Of a stretch of DNA of 64,000 nt, positions 1-9,880 are shown one piece after another. The stretch covers positions 8,750-72,749 of the forward strand of contig JBOHUC010000024.1 in NCBI GenBank assembly GCA_050733935.1. Direction: 5' to 3'. Under the pieces are notes generated by a model, which was not told the DNA's origin, ran no database searches, and saw only the letters and a list, made by a program, of their open reading frames with translations. Every line of letters begins with the position of its first letter. Position 1 is the stretch's first letter. The position numbers were made by a program, and so were the translations under genes. The DNA is from Candidatus Eiseniibacteriota bacterium. GTDB lineage: Bacteria; Eisenbacteria; RBG-16-71-46; DASYSL01.

Positions 1-728
1 GGCGTGTGGGCGATCGCGTGGAGAACCGCGGCCGGGCTGTCGCCGTCGAAGGGTGGCCGGCCGGCGAGGAGCTCATAGGACAGCACGCCGAACGAAAAGA
101 CATCCGATGACGGCCCGACGTCTCCGCCGGTCACCTGCTCGGGCGACGTGTACCGGAGCGTGCCGACAAGCGAGCCCGTGACGGTGAGGTTCGGATGTCC
201 GGTCCGGAATTTCGCGATGCCGAAGTCGACGAGCTTCGCTCCGCCTTCTTCGGTGAGGAGCACGTTGCCGGGCTTGATGTCGCGGTGGGTGATGCCGTGA
301 CTGTGGGCGGCCGCCAGCGCTTCGGCGACCGGAAGCGCGATGCGCAGGTAAGCATCCGCGGAGACGGGTGTCGCGAGCGCCGCACTCCCGAGCGACCTGC
401 CGGGCACCCACTCCATGACCAGGAACGGCGCCCCCACCTCGTCGATGTCGTAGATCGTGACGATGTTCGCGTGCTGGAGCGCCGCAAGCGAACGGGCTTC
501 GTGGCGCACGCGCTCGGCCGCGGCCGGATCAACCGGGCGGAGCCCGGGGAGGAACTTGAGTGCCACCTGGCGACCCAGCCGGGTGTCCTCAGCATGGAGC
601 ACGACCCCCATGCCACCCTCCCCGGCATTTCCGAGAATGCGAAATTGTCGAAATTGCTCACCGACGTTTGGAATCGCCACGAAGTTGGAACTCCTGGACG
701 GCCGCCGCAGGGTGAAGACCGCGGACAT
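1..728 (-). CDS. Serine/threonine protein kinase, partial; the C-terminus lies beyond the window start
   Basis: Minus-strand translation gives GEGGMGVV (Gly loop), VALK (Lys), HRDIKPGNVLL (catalytic loop), DFGIAK and TSPEQ. The start is uncertain: ATG near 728 or GTG near 680. Not in the ORF table because no stop falls inside the window. Confidence 0.7.
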   Translation of the reverse strand, partial: MSAVFTLRRPSRSSNFVAIPNVGEQFRQFRILGNAGEGGMGVVLHAEDTRLGRQVALKFLPGLRPVDPAAAERVRHEARSLAALQHANIVTIYDIDEVGAPFLVMEWVPGRSLGSAALATPVSADAYLRIALPVAEALAAAHSHGITHRDIKPGNVLLTEEGGAKLVDFGIAKFRTGHPNLTVTGSLVGTLRYTSPEQVTGGDVGPSSDVFSFGVLSYELLAGRPPFDGDSPAAVLHAIAHT

Positions 729-810
729 TCTCACGGAATTCGTCCCGTCATGGAAGAGGCCATCCCGCGTATGCGGCTCGCGGCCGGGCGACCTGGCGCC
801 TCCCCCTCTC

Positions 811-1095
811 TTATTCGAGCGCGATCACTTTGGCGCGGAAGTCGCCGCGCGGCGTGACGAGCCGGCTAGAAGCTACGCGGCATCTCTCGCCCTCGCGAGC
901 GTCATGACACGGACGGAATGGCGGACCCGCCAGTGCGTCGTTGTCGCCAGCTTCGATCCGCTTCTGAAGGCCGGCCAGGCGCGGACTGGTTGGTGTGTCC
1001 TGGGATGTTGGCCCGGACTCGGGAGAGGCCGCCGCATCGGGGGCGATCAAGAGGCTCATCAAAAACAGGGTGAGGGCCGCGCCCGTCACCCACAC
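811..1095 (-). CDS. Hypothetical small protein, possibly secreted
   Basis: 94-aa ORF with a hydrophobic N-terminus and non-Arg-rich composition. No recognisable domain. Confidence 0.2.
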   Translation of the reverse strand: MWVTGAALTLFLMSLLIAPDAAASPESGPTSQDTPTSPRLAGLQKRIEAGDNDALAGPPFRPCHDAREGERCRVASSRLVTPRGDFRAKVIALE

Positions 1096-1342
1096 TTTGC
1101 ACCTAGTTGCCTTCCGGGTTGGAGAAGTCCACCGGGACCGTCGGGTTAACGCACATGTTAGGTGGTTTGCTACCGCGGATTGTTCTGAGACCGTCGGTCA
1201 TTAACAGTCCCCTTGTGCTGCCCATAGCACTGAGCTTGCAATCCCGAAGACCCGATCTTGTATGCCTGCGAAACGCTGCCGTTCACCTGCGGCGGACCGA
1301 GCGACCGCAGGGAGCGAGGCCCCGCGTCAGGTGAACGGCATG

Positions 1343-2524
1343 TTAGGCAGTACCCGTTGACGCGACGAACTCGGAGACGGACATGTTGAAGCCAGCTTGC
1401 TTGACTATCTTCGCAAGGGTACCTATCCGCAGGTCCCCGGGATGCAAGGGGACCGGGAACTTACTCCCGTTCGGCGCTCGCCAGATCTCGTGACTGCCTT
1501 TGCCCTGTCGCCAGATCGAGCATCCGCCGGCGCGGAGGCGACGGGCGAGATCTCCGTACCGAAGGTACCGAAGGCCTAGTCGAAATCGGGCCGCAAGTGG
1601 TGAGCCGCGTTGTACTATGTAATTCACACGGCTGGTGACACGGCTCAGTCCCGTAAACGCTTGTGGCGATGAATGCCAAATCGCCGGGTCGCACCCAGGG
1701 ATTGAGGGAAGCGCAAAGCGGTGGTTCTCCTCTGCGAAGAGGGCCCGTGTGTCGGTGAACGCTCGAGTCTCGAGCACGCGATCGGCTTCCGCATATCCGG
1801 GTGCGCATGTCCGAATGTATTGCCGCAGCGCGTCCAGCGCGACCTGGCGCTTGCCCGGATCATTCGGCTTACGAAACGCCCGCTCCTTGACCTTGCGATA
1901 TCCGTAGGCGGTGGCAAGCGTCTCCTCGACGCACTTCGATGTCCCAAAAGTCATGCGGAACCAGCGCTCGAAGGGCTCACGATAGAGCGGAGAGCGATGA
2001 GTGATCTCCAGTCGGGTAGCGAACACCTCGACCGCGTGATGAAAGGCTTCGTGACCATACAGAAAAATGCGCGCTGCGATCATGGAGTCTCGACCGGAGA
2101 GGGCTCCGGAGGAGTTTACGGTCAACTGCTGGGCCAACCAGTGGACACCTTCAAGGACGAGATAGACGCCCCACCAAGTCGGGTGGAAGTAGTGGAACGG
2201 CAGATAAAACGCGAGCGCATCAGGAGGAGGCGTGCTACCGCCATGGTGAGTCGCAGGCGCACCGGGAAACGCGGCTCCATCTCCGAAGCGTGGTAGGTCG
2301 GAATCTGGAAGAAAGTCTACGGACGTTACCTGCGTCGGGGCTCCAGCGACACTCGACAGCACGGATTCATAATCCATGACGTCGTTGACGGGCTCCCAGA
2401 GTTGGCCTTCGGGGTCTTCAATCGGAACGAAGAGCCAGTCGTCTTCCCATCCCGGCGGAAGCGGATGGTCAGCGAAGATTTCTGGAATCTGTTGCCGTAA
2501 CGTGTCGAGGTCGTCGATGGCCAT
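1343..2524 (-). CDS. Fusion protein with an N-terminal HExxH-containing domain and a C-terminal HicA/YcfA-like toxin domain
   Basis: The C-terminal 60 aa (GCSIWRQGKGSHEIWRAPNGSKFPVPLHPGDLRIGTLAKIVKQAGF) match the HicA/YcfA consensus (GSH, PxH, KQAG). The N-terminal ~320 aa carry a YGHEAFHH (HExxH) motif. Composition is protein-like, not antisense junk. Confidence 0.6.
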   Translation of the reverse strand: MAIDDLDTLRQQIPEIFADHPLPPGWEDDWLFVPIEDPEGQLWEPVNDVMDYESVLSSVAGAPTQVTSVDFLPDSDLPRFGDGAAFPGAPATHHGGSTPPPDALAFYLPFHYFHPTWWGVYLVLEGVHWLAQQLTVNSSGALSGRDSMIAARIFLYGHEAFHHAVEVFATRLEITHRSPLYREPFERWFRMTFGTSKCVEETLATAYGYRKVKERAFRKPNDPGKRQVALDALRQYIRTCAPGYAEADRVLETRAFTDTRALFAEENHRFALPSIPGCDPAIWHSSPQAFTGLSRVTSRVNYIVQRGSPLAARFRLGLRYLRYGDLARRLRAGGCSIWRQGKGSHEIWRAPNGSKFPVPLHPGDLRIGTLAKIVKQAGFNMSVSEFVASTGTA

Positions 2525-2634
2525 GTTGACTACCTTGCCGCAGCCCGAATCTGCCTAACGCCATGCCGCTCAGCCGCCAGCGAAGCATTGCGGTCGCATC
2601 GTAGCAGAGGCGCGAGCCTCCGGGGTGGCGACCC

Positions 2635-3696
2635 TCAGGAAGAGTAGATCGGGCGGTTCTCCGATGCTGGGACAGGCGCACGAACCACGAAGCTCCCGCT
2701 CGAGCGCGGCATCCACGGGGGCGGCTCGAGCACCTTTTGGAGCGGAGAGCGTGGAGACGTCCAGATCATGAAGGCCGATCCGCGATCCCGCCACTCGTTG
2801 CGCACCGCGCGCCACAGATGTCGCACGGCGTCCTCGTGGCCCGGGCGAAACCACACGCGGCTTGCCCCGATCTCGCGCATGAGTCCGTCTTTCGGAACGA
2901 TCCGAATCAGATGGTTGAGGAGCCACGGCACGACCGGCATGCGAACCATGCGGGTCGTCCGGATCCGCCCCCCCTCGATCACCGCGAGCCCCGCGACCAT
3001 CTCGCCCGCGTGCGTGACCGCCACCCGCAAATGCCGAAATTGAGACTCCAGCGGAGTCTCCTCGCACCACGCGCGGAGGCCTTCGGCCGTCTCGGGCGCA
3101 TAGAAATTGAATTCCGCATGGAACGTGTTGACGCCCTCGACGAAGGACGCGAGGCCTTCGCCATCGGACAGCTCGAGTGCACGCTCCTGATAGGCGCTCG
3201 AGCGGGGTGCGCGCGAAGCGGCAGGCATCGGAAAGACGGTCAGGCAATCGCGCAGCGTCTGCGTGCTCCAGCGGGCCGCGGTCTTCACTGAGCCCGTGTT
3301 GCCGCGCTGGATGCCGGCGTAGATCACTCCACCTTCTCCGACTCGCTCGTGCGCCCGCTCTACCCGTGCGTCGGCGATCTGCGCGGCAAGCCCGCGCCGC
3401 CGCATCACGGGGTGCACGACGAGGGAATTGAGGAAAGCGTAGGGACGCAGCTCTCCCTCATACTGGCAGCGACCAAAACGGATGAGCCCGGCTCCTGCGA
3501 GCCCTTCGAATCCATCCGACTCGGCGACCACGCCTTCGAAATCTCCGTGGAGCGCTCGCAGCGCGTCCCACGGCGGAATCTGAAAGCGCGAGGAGACCTG
3601 GAAGCGCCCGGCGTCCGCGCTCTGCGCAAGGAGTGTCGCGAACGCGGGGCCGTCCGCGGGAACGATCGGACGCAGGCGGAAACCGTAATCGGTCAT
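2635..3696 (-). CDS. GNAT family N-acetyltransferase, two-domain
   Basis: GNAT motif A (LVVHPVMRRRGLAAQI) lies in the N-terminal half. The internal ATG at 3696 (MTDYGF...) is preferred over the ORF start at 3714. Confidence 0.7.
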   Translation of the reverse strand: MTDYGFRLRPIVPADGPAFATLLAQSADAGRFQVSSRFQIPPWDALRALHGDFEGVVAESDGFEGLAGAGLIRFGRCQYEGELRPYAFLNSLVVHPVMRRRGLAAQIADARVERAHERVGEGGVIYAGIQRGNTGSVKTAARWSTQTLRDCLTVFPMPAASRAPRSSAYQERALELSDGEGLASFVEGVNTFHAEFNFYAPETAEGLRAWCEETPLESQFRHLRVAVTHAGEMVAGLAVIEGGRIRTTRMVRMPVVPWLLNHLIRIVPKDGLMREIGASRVWFRPGHEDAVRHLWRAVRNEWRDRGSAFMIWTSPRSPLQKVLEPPPWMPRSSGSFVVRAPVPASENRPIYSS

Positions 3697-3749
3697 ACGC
3701 CCCAAAACTAGCATGCAACCTTTCCCCGCTCCCGAACCACAGAGGGGAC

Positions 3750-4310
3750 ATGGAAGCCCACGCTCCCGAGCCCGCCGATCGTGAACTGGTGGAGCGGTTC
3801 CTAAGGACGCGATCGGACGCCGCCTTCCTCGCGCTCTACGACCGCCACACCGAGGCGCTTTACGCGTTTGCGGCGCGGCTCGTCGGGAGCGCGTCGGGCC
3901 ACGAGCCGGCCGAGCTCGTTCAGGAGGCCTGGCTTCGCGCGCTCACGGGGCTTTCCCAATTCCGGTGGGGATCGAGCCTCCGCACGTGGCTCTGCGGAAT
4001 CGTTCTCAATCGCTGGCGCGAAGTGCGCCAGCGGGAAGTCCGGGAGCGCCGATTCGAGATCGTGGAGGGCTCGCGTTCGCCGGAGGGGACGGCACTGCCG
4101 GCCGGCGACGCGGTCCTCCTCGAGCGGGCGCTGGCGACACTGCCGGAAGGATATCGAGAAGTGCTGCTGCTGCACGACGTCGAGGGTTACACGCATGAGG
4201 AGATCGCACGGCACTTCGGGATCGTCGAAGGCACATCGAAGAGTCAGCTCCACCGGGCGCGTCGCGCGCTTCGTGAAGCCCTGGGACTGACGGAGAAGGA
4301 GCGGGCATGA
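3750..4310 (+). CDS. ECF (sigma-70 family) RNA polymerase sigma factor
   Basis: Regions 2 and 4 are recognisable (LVERFLRTRSDAAFLALYDRH; ...LLLHDVEGYTHEEIA...GTSKSQLHRAR). The start is MEAHAP within the longer ORF 3633-4310. Confidence 0.85.
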   Translation: MEAHAPEPADRELVERFLRTRSDAAFLALYDRHTEALYAFAARLVGSASGHEPAELVQEAWLRALTGLSQFRWGSSLRTWLCGIVLNRWREVRQREVRERRFEIVEGSRSPEGTALPAGDAVLLERALATLPEGYREVLLLHDVEGYTHEEIARHFGIVEGTSKSQLHRARRALREALGLTEKERA

Positions 4311-4963
4311 GTGACGATCGCAAGCCGCACGAGGACGATCCGGGACGTCCGGCGCTCGAAGGTTGGGGCGCCGCGTGGCGGCCGCCGGCCTCGCTCCGCG
4401 AAGACACGTTGCGGGCTGCGCGGGCGCGCGGCCTCGTGGGGGGACGAAGGATGAATCGATGGAGCTTGTGGGTCGGCGCGGCGGCGGCAGCGGTTCTGCT
4501 GTTCGTCGCAGGATTCGGGCTCGGATCGCAGCGCGTACCCGGCGCGCCGGAGGAGACGAACGTGGCCAGCACGAAAGGATCGACCGCGGGAGAAGCGGCC
4601 GCACCGGACGCCCCGACGGGACCGCTCTTCGCGCTCTTCCTGTTCGAAGACAAGGGCTACCAGCAGCCCACGCCCGACGCGCTCGGCGCGCGCATCGGCG
4701 AATACTCGAGCTGGGCGCGCAGCATCGGGGAGTCGGGCCGCTACGTGACCGGGGAGAAGCTCGCGGACGACGGATCGTTCTGCCGTCTCGAGAAGGGAGC
4801 GCTCACCGCGTCGGGTCCCGTGCACGACTCGACTCGCGGGGTCCTCGCAGGCTACTTCATCATCGGAGCGGCGAGCCTCGAAGAGGCGCGCTCGATCGCT
4901 CGCAACTGCCCCCACCTCAAGTACGGCGGGAGTGTGGAGATCCGGCGGCTCGAAACGACCTGA
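4307..4963 (+). CDS. Putative anti-sigma factor with one TM helix and a C-terminal YciI-like domain
   Basis: ATGA overlap with the sigma factor stop. There is a TM segment (WSLWVGAAAAAVLLFVAGFGLG). The C-terminus (GVLAGYFIIGAASLEEARSIARNCPHLKYGGSVEIRRL) resembles the YciI/DGPF fold. Confidence 0.6.
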   Translation: MSDDRKPHEDDPGRPALEGWGAAWRPPASLREDTLRAARARGLVGGRRMNRWSLWVGAAAAAVLLFVAGFGLGSQRVPGAPEETNVASTKGSTAGEAAAPDAPTGPLFALFLFEDKGYQQPTPDALGARIGEYSSWARSIGESGRYVTGEKLADDGSFCRLEKGALTASGPVHDSTRGVLAGYFIIGAASLEEARSIARNCPHLKYGGSVEIRRLETT

Positions 4964-4987
4964 TCGAGCCCCGGCGGCTGCCTGGGC

Positions 4988-5659
4988 TCAGGCGCCGAGC
5001 ACGAAGTCGAACGTCGCGAGCTTGTGGGTCCGCCCGTCGGCCACGTTCATGAGGAGCTCGGGCTGGAAGATGCCGTCCCGCTGATTCCGGGGCTCGTTCG
5101 GGAAATAGAGCTGGGTCGTGAGGATCTTCCCCTTCGGCGCCTGGACGCGCACATGGAAGTGGCGCGTCCGTCCCGGATAGAGACCGGGGACGACCGTCTC
5201 GAGCCGGAACTTCCCGTCGGCGTCCGCGAACTGATGCCCGCGGCATCGGTAGCCCTCGTTGTCGTAGTCCCCGTCGCCGTCGGCGTGCCAGAAGTCGAGG
5301 AGTGCCCCCGCGACGGGCTTGCAGTTCTTCGAGAACACGCGTCCCGCGAGCACGATCGGCGTCCCCGGAACTCCCTTCTCGAGGAGCGACTTCTTGAGCG
5401 GGGAGTTCGGCGTGTAGAAGGGGCCCGCCGTTTCGGAGGGCGTGATGTCGTCGTCGTCCGCGCACGGCGGCGTTGCGGCGAGGACCGGCTCGTCGGCGCC
5501 CGCGGCGGACGCCGCGCGCTTCGTGGATTCGGCGGCCCACACGTCTGCGGCGCCCGCCGCGTGCGCGATCCAGGCGGCGACGGTCCATCCCGCGGGCAGG
5601 AGCAATGCAGACTTCAGGAATCGGCGGCGATCCAGCAACGGCTCGATGCGATCGGACAT
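4988..5659 (-). CDS. Intradiol ring-cleavage dioxygenase family protein with a Tat signal
   Basis: Twin-arginine signal (RRRFLKSALLLPAG). Dioxygenase C-terminal motifs are present (GRVFSKNCKPVAGALLDFWHADGDGDYD, PGRTRHFHVRV). The internal ATG at 5659 is preferred. Confidence 0.7.
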   Translation of the reverse strand: MSDRIEPLLDRRRFLKSALLLPAGWTVAAWIAHAAGAADVWAAESTKRAASAAGADEPVLAATPPCADDDDITPSETAGPFYTPNSPLKKSLLEKGVPGTPIVLAGRVFSKNCKPVAGALLDFWHADGDGDYDNEGYRCRGHQFADADGKFRLETVVPGLYPGRTRHFHVRVQAPKGKILTTQLYFPNEPRNQRDGIFQPELLMNVADGRTHKLATFDFVLGA

Positions 5660-5750
5660 GCGGCGCTCCCTCCGAGGCGGTGGATTCGACGGTAGGGAAC
5701 GCGCCGGGGCCTGTGCAAACCCAAAGCACGGCCGGTGTGCAATCTCTGCG

Positions 5751-8141
5751 TCAGGCCAGTCGGGCATCGCTCCCGGCGGCACGCCCGGTATCGATCCGCA
5801 CTTCCTTGAAGAGCGCATGATTCACGGCGCTGACCATGGGAGCTTCGAGAGGCCAGACAAGAGTGAGATTGGATCTGCGCGGGGCGTACGGCTCCCGATC
5901 CAGAACCGGATGCAGGTTCGGGTTCAGGCGCGCCGAGACCGGGGAGAGGTCCGCATTGACAGGCTGACGCAGGTACACGAGGGCCCGGTCCAGATCGCCG
6001 AGGCGGACACACGCCTCGGCGAGCAAGTAGCACGAGCCCGTGTTGAGACCCCGCGGGTCCTTCAGTTCCTCGACCAGCCTCCGAGCCTCGTCGTGACGAC
6101 CAGTACCCGCCGCGATGGCAGCACGGGACGCGTCCATCTCATGCCCATCCGCTCCATCCTTCAGAGCTTCCTCGAGCGTCTGCTCGGCGCGGGCATAGTC
6201 CCCTCGCAGGATGTGCGCCGCAATTCGAAGACCGTAGCTGCCGTTGATGTAAAACGTCGCATCCGTCATCTCTCGCAGGCGCCGGGCAGTGGCGATCGAC
6301 TCCTCGATCCTCTCCGTATCCAAAAGGAGAACCGAGAGCCAGGTTACCGCGAAGAGCTCCTGCGGATCGATTTCGAGCACACGGCGGATGAGACGTTCCG
6401 TTCCGGCCACGTCCGCGAGCGCATACTTGTTGACCGCCAGGTTCAACATGGCCGGCGTGAACCGTGGATTCACTTCGAGGGCACGCTCGAGCTCCATGCG
6501 TGACTCGGCAGCCTCACCGGATTGTCGCAATACGAGAGCGAGGGCCTTGTGGCCTTCCGCAAGACGCGGATCGATTGCAATGGCTCGCCGCGCCGCTTCG
6601 ATGCCTGACCGGCGGGCTTCAACCGGGTCGTCGGTCAACTGGAACTGAAGCATCTGTCCGTAGCAATCCGCGATCCCCGACCAGGCGAGTGCGTAGTTGG
6701 GATCGATCTCGGTGGCCTCGCGGAAGAACTCGAAGGCCTCGCGGATGCTCTTCTCCGAATACTGGCGATAGCGGTCCCGCCCTTTCAGGTAGAGATCGTA
6801 CGCGCGGACATCCTTTGGCCGCTCCTTGCCCAGGTTCTCGGATTCGCCGGGCCGCAGCGCGACGCGAAGCGCTTCGGCAATGGAGGACGCGATTTCTTCC
6901 TGAACCGCGAACACGTCCTCGAGAGTCCGGTCGTAGCGATCGGCCCAGAGATGGAATCCGTCTGCGGCATTGATGAGCTGTGCGGTGATCCGCACGCGAT
7001 CGCCGGCGCGCCGGACGCTGCCCTCGAGCACCGCCCGGACCCCGAGCTCAGTACCGACCTTCGCGATGTCGACGGCTTGCCCGCGATAGCGGGCAACGGC
7101 ATTCCGTGAGGCCACGCGCAGGCCCTTGATCTTCGAGAGATCGGTCAGAATGTCCTCGGTGATTCCCGAGCAGAAGTAATCGCTCTCCTTGTCGGCGGCC
7201 AGGTTCTCGAAATAGAGCACAGCGAGCGACGGAAGCTCCGCGGCTTTCGGGCCGATTCCGGACGCGGGTCCGCGTCCCGCCGAGGAGAGTTCGGCGGCGA
7301 TGGCCGAAAGCTCGCGGCGCAAATCGCCGATGTCGCGCGGCCGCTCCGTTGCATCCTTCGTGAGGCAACGTTCCATGAGCTCCCGAAGGCGGACCGGCAC
7401 GCCCGGCGGCAGCGCACTCCAGTCCGGCTCGCGCTCGAGGATTCCGGCAATCACGTCGGAGGAGGTTTCGCCGGCGAACGTCTGTTTGCCGCTCAGGCAT
7501 TCGAACAGCAGGCAGCCGAACGCCCACACGTCGGTGCGGCGATCCACGGGCTTCCCGCGCGCCTGCTCGGGGCTCATGTACGGTGCTGTGCCGAGAACGA
7601 CCCCGTGTTCGGTGATCGAGGGGGCCTGGGGCGTCACGGTGAGGTCGGAGGACGAGCCGGGCTCGGTTCCCTTCGCGAGCCCGAAGTCGAGCACCTTGAC
7701 GGCCCCGGACGGCGTGAGAATCACGTTCGCGGGCTTGAGGTCGCGATGGACGATCCCGCGTTCGTGCGCGGCATCGACGGCGGCCGCGATTTGACCGCCC
7801 AGGTCGAGCGTCTCGCGCACGCTGAGCGGGCCCCGGGCCAGGCGTGCGCTCAGCGTCTCGCCGTCGACGAACTCGAGAACGATGTACGGCGTGCCGTCGA
7901 CGTCCTCGAGCCCGTGGATCATGGCGATGTTCGGATGATTGAGCGCGGCCACGAGTTTCGCTTCGCGCTCGAATCGCGCGCGGCGCTCGGGGTCGCTCGT
8001 GAAGGCCTTCGGCAGGGACTTGATCGCGACCGTCCGCTCGAGGCGCGTGTCGCGCGCGCGGTAGACCTCGCCCATCCCACCTGCGCCAAGGGGCGCAAGG
8101 ATCTCGTACTGACCGAGGCGTGTGCCGGTCATCAGGGACAT
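5751..8141 (-). CDS. Serine/threonine protein kinase with a C-terminal TPR repeat region
   Basis: The N-terminal kinase domain shows GAGGMGEVY, AIK, HRDLKPANVIL, DFGLAK and SPEQ. It is followed by a central sensor-like module and C-terminal TPR repeats. Confidence 0.85.
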   Translation of the reverse strand: MSLMTGTRLGQYEILAPLGAGGMGEVYRARDTRLERTVAIKSLPKAFTSDPERRARFEREAKLVAALNHPNIAMIHGLEDVDGTPYIVLEFVDGETLSARLARGPLSVRETLDLGGQIAAAVDAAHERGIVHRDLKPANVILTPSGAVKVLDFGLAKGTEPGSSSDLTVTPQAPSITEHGVVLGTAPYMSPEQARGKPVDRRTDVWAFGCLLFECLSGKQTFAGETSSDVIAGILEREPDWSALPPGVPVRLRELMERCLTKDATERPRDIGDLRRELSAIAAELSSAGRGPASGIGPKAAELPSLAVLYFENLAADKESDYFCSGITEDILTDLSKIKGLRVASRNAVARYRGQAVDIAKVGTELGVRAVLEGSVRRAGDRVRITAQLINAADGFHLWADRYDRTLEDVFAVQEEIASSIAEALRVALRPGESENLGKERPKDVRAYDLYLKGRDRYRQYSEKSIREAFEFFREATEIDPNYALAWSGIADCYGQMLQFQLTDDPVEARRSGIEAARRAIAIDPRLAEGHKALALVLRQSGEAAESRMELERALEVNPRFTPAMLNLAVNKYALADVAGTERLIRRVLEIDPQELFAVTWLSVLLLDTERIEESIATARRLREMTDATFYINGSYGLRIAAHILRGDYARAEQTLEEALKDGADGHEMDASRAAIAAGTGRHDEARRLVEELKDPRGLNTGSCYLLAEACVRLGDLDRALVYLRQPVNADLSPVSARLNPNLHPVLDREPYAPRRSNLTLVWPLEAPMVSAVNHALFKEVRIDTGRAAGSDARLA

Positions 8142-8250
8142 GAGAAAGCCTTCGATCGGGTCGATTCGGAGCAGACCGCCATCATCGAGCGGGAGGAGTG
8201 TCTGTCGCTGCAGAAAGATACAGGCTCACGGCCCCGGCGTTCAAGCGCGC

Positions 8251-9018
8251 TCAGCGTGCGGTGTAGCCCCCGTCGATCACGAGCTCGCTTCCGGTCACGA
8301 ACTTCGATTCGTCGGATGCGAGATAGAGGATGCCGTAGGCGATGTCGTCCGGCTCGCCCATGCGCCCGAGAGGGTGGCGTGCGGCGATCGTCTTCTTCCC
8401 GCCTTCCACGTCGCCCGACGCCTCAAGGAAGCCCTCGACCATCGGCGTCCAGATGAAGCCCGGGTGAACCGAGTTCACCCTGATGTTTTCGCGCGCGTAG
8501 TACATCGCATCCGTCTTGGTCATGAGGCGAAGCGCCCCCTTCGACGCATGATATGGCGGAGCATCGGGCGCGCCGACGAGCCCGTAGATCGAGGAGAGAT
8601 TCACGATGCTTCCGCCGCCTGCCTTTCGCAGGTGTGGGATCGAGTGCTTCGTGCAGAAAAAACAGCCCTTCACGTTCACGGCCTGGACCCGGTCCCACTC
8701 GGCCTCGGTGATCTCTTCGGTCGGCTTGCTCGCGCCGCTGATGCCCGCGTTGTTGACGAGAACGTCGAGCCGCCCGAATTCCTGAACGACCTCTGCGATC
8801 ACGCGCCGGACTTCGTCCTCTTTCGCCACGTCGAGGTGCCAGTACTTCGCGCGCCCGCCGGCCGTGCGTATCTCCTCAGTGAGCTTCGCGCCCTCGCTGT
8901 CGAGCACGTCCGTCACCGCGACCGACGCCCCTTCCCGCGCGAGCATGAGACACGCCGCACGGCCGATGCCGAGCGCCCCGCCCGTGACGATCGCGACCTT
9001 TCCTGCCACTCGATTCAT
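8251..9018 (-). CDS. SDR family short-chain dehydrogenase/reductase
   Basis: TGGALGIG Rossmann motif, NNAG, and the YxxxK catalytic motif (PYHASK). The start at M10 is preceded by AGGAGA 5 nt upstream. Confidence 0.85.
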   Translation of the reverse strand: MNRVAGKVAIVTGGALGIGRAACLMLAREGASVAVTDVLDSEGAKLTEEIRTAGGRAKYWHLDVAKEDEVRRVIAEVVQEFGRLDVLVNNAGISGASKPTEEITEAEWDRVQAVNVKGCFFCTKHSIPHLRKAGGGSIVNLSSIYGLVGAPDAPPYHASKGALRLMTKTDAMYYARENIRVNSVHPGFIWTPMVEGFLEASGDVEGGKKTIAARHPLGRMGEPDDIAYGILYLASDESKFVTGSELVIDGGYTAR

Positions 9019-9181
9019 TTCGTTCTCCTGTCGCCTGTGAACCATCCGCCCGGAGAGTAGGAGAGCGAACCAGAAGCCGCAACGCGGGCCCTTCCGATGG
9101 GAGGGGCCCGCGCGCGTCGGGGGGAGAGCTCGAGATGTCAGCGGAACGCCCGCTCTCGGGCAAGTTCCGTTCGTACCTTCT

Positions 9182-9880
9182 TCAGGCCGCCGTTCGCTCC
9201 GCGGCTCGATCAGCGACTCGATCCGATCCGGTCGATCCCTTCCGGGGCGCCGGCGTGCGCACGAGCTTGCGATAGAGCGCCGGATCCGGATTCCTGAGGT
9301 AGCGACCGATCCGGTCGCGGAGGAACACGCGCGCCCGATGGAGGCGCGAGTTCACCGCGGAAACCGTGATGCCCATCGCCTCCGCCGTCTCGGCGCTCGA
9401 GAGATCCTGCAAATCGTGAAGAACGAACGCGGCGCGCTGCTCGGTCGGCAGGGCCTGAATCGCGTCTTCCATGATGCGCCGCGTCTCGTCGGTCAGGATT
9501 TCCTCGTCCGGCGTCGCCGACCAGTCCGGGAGCTCCCACGCGCTCCGCACGTCCGCGTCCTCGGAGGGGTGATCGAGCGAGACCAGGTTCGCCCGCCGGG
9601 CACGCGCCTTCATGAGCGCGGCATTCGTCGCAATGCGGTAGATCCAGGTCGAGAAGCGCGCGTCCTGACGGAAGCGCGGGAGCGCGCGGTACGCGCTCAC
9701 GAACGTATCCTGGAGCGCGTCCTGCGTGTCCTCCTCGTGGCGAAGGATCTTGAACAGGATGCGATAGACGATGTTCGTATAGCGTCGAACGAGCTCGTCG
9801 AACGCGGGGGAATCGCCCCCCTGTGCGCGTTTCACGAGAGCTTCGTCCGACTCTCGAGCCAGCAGCGTCGATAGCGTCAT
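9182..9880 (-). CDS. ECF sigma factor with a C-terminal extension
   Basis: ALVKRAQGGDSPAFDELVRRYTN (region 2) and region 4 (LHDLQDLSSAETAEAMGITVSAVNSRLHRAR). About 50 aa follow region 4. Confidence 0.85.
   Translation of the reverse strand: MTLSTLLARESDEALVKRAQGGDSPAFDELVRRYTNIVYRILFKILRHEEDTQDALQDTFVSAYRALPRFRQDARFSTWIYRIATNAALMKARARRANLVSLDHPSEDADVRSAWELPDWSATPDEEILTDETRRIMEDAIQALPTEQRAAFVLHDLQDLSSAETAEAMGITVSAVNSRLHRARVFLRDRIGRYLRNPDPALYRKLVRTPAPRKGSTGSDRVADRAAERTAA

Noticed and set aside
195-1149. Plus-strand ORFs of 220 aa and 230 aa at the window start.
   Set aside because: They lie antisense to the partial Ser/Thr kinase, which shows all the catalytic motifs. Their composition is Arg/Gly-rich.
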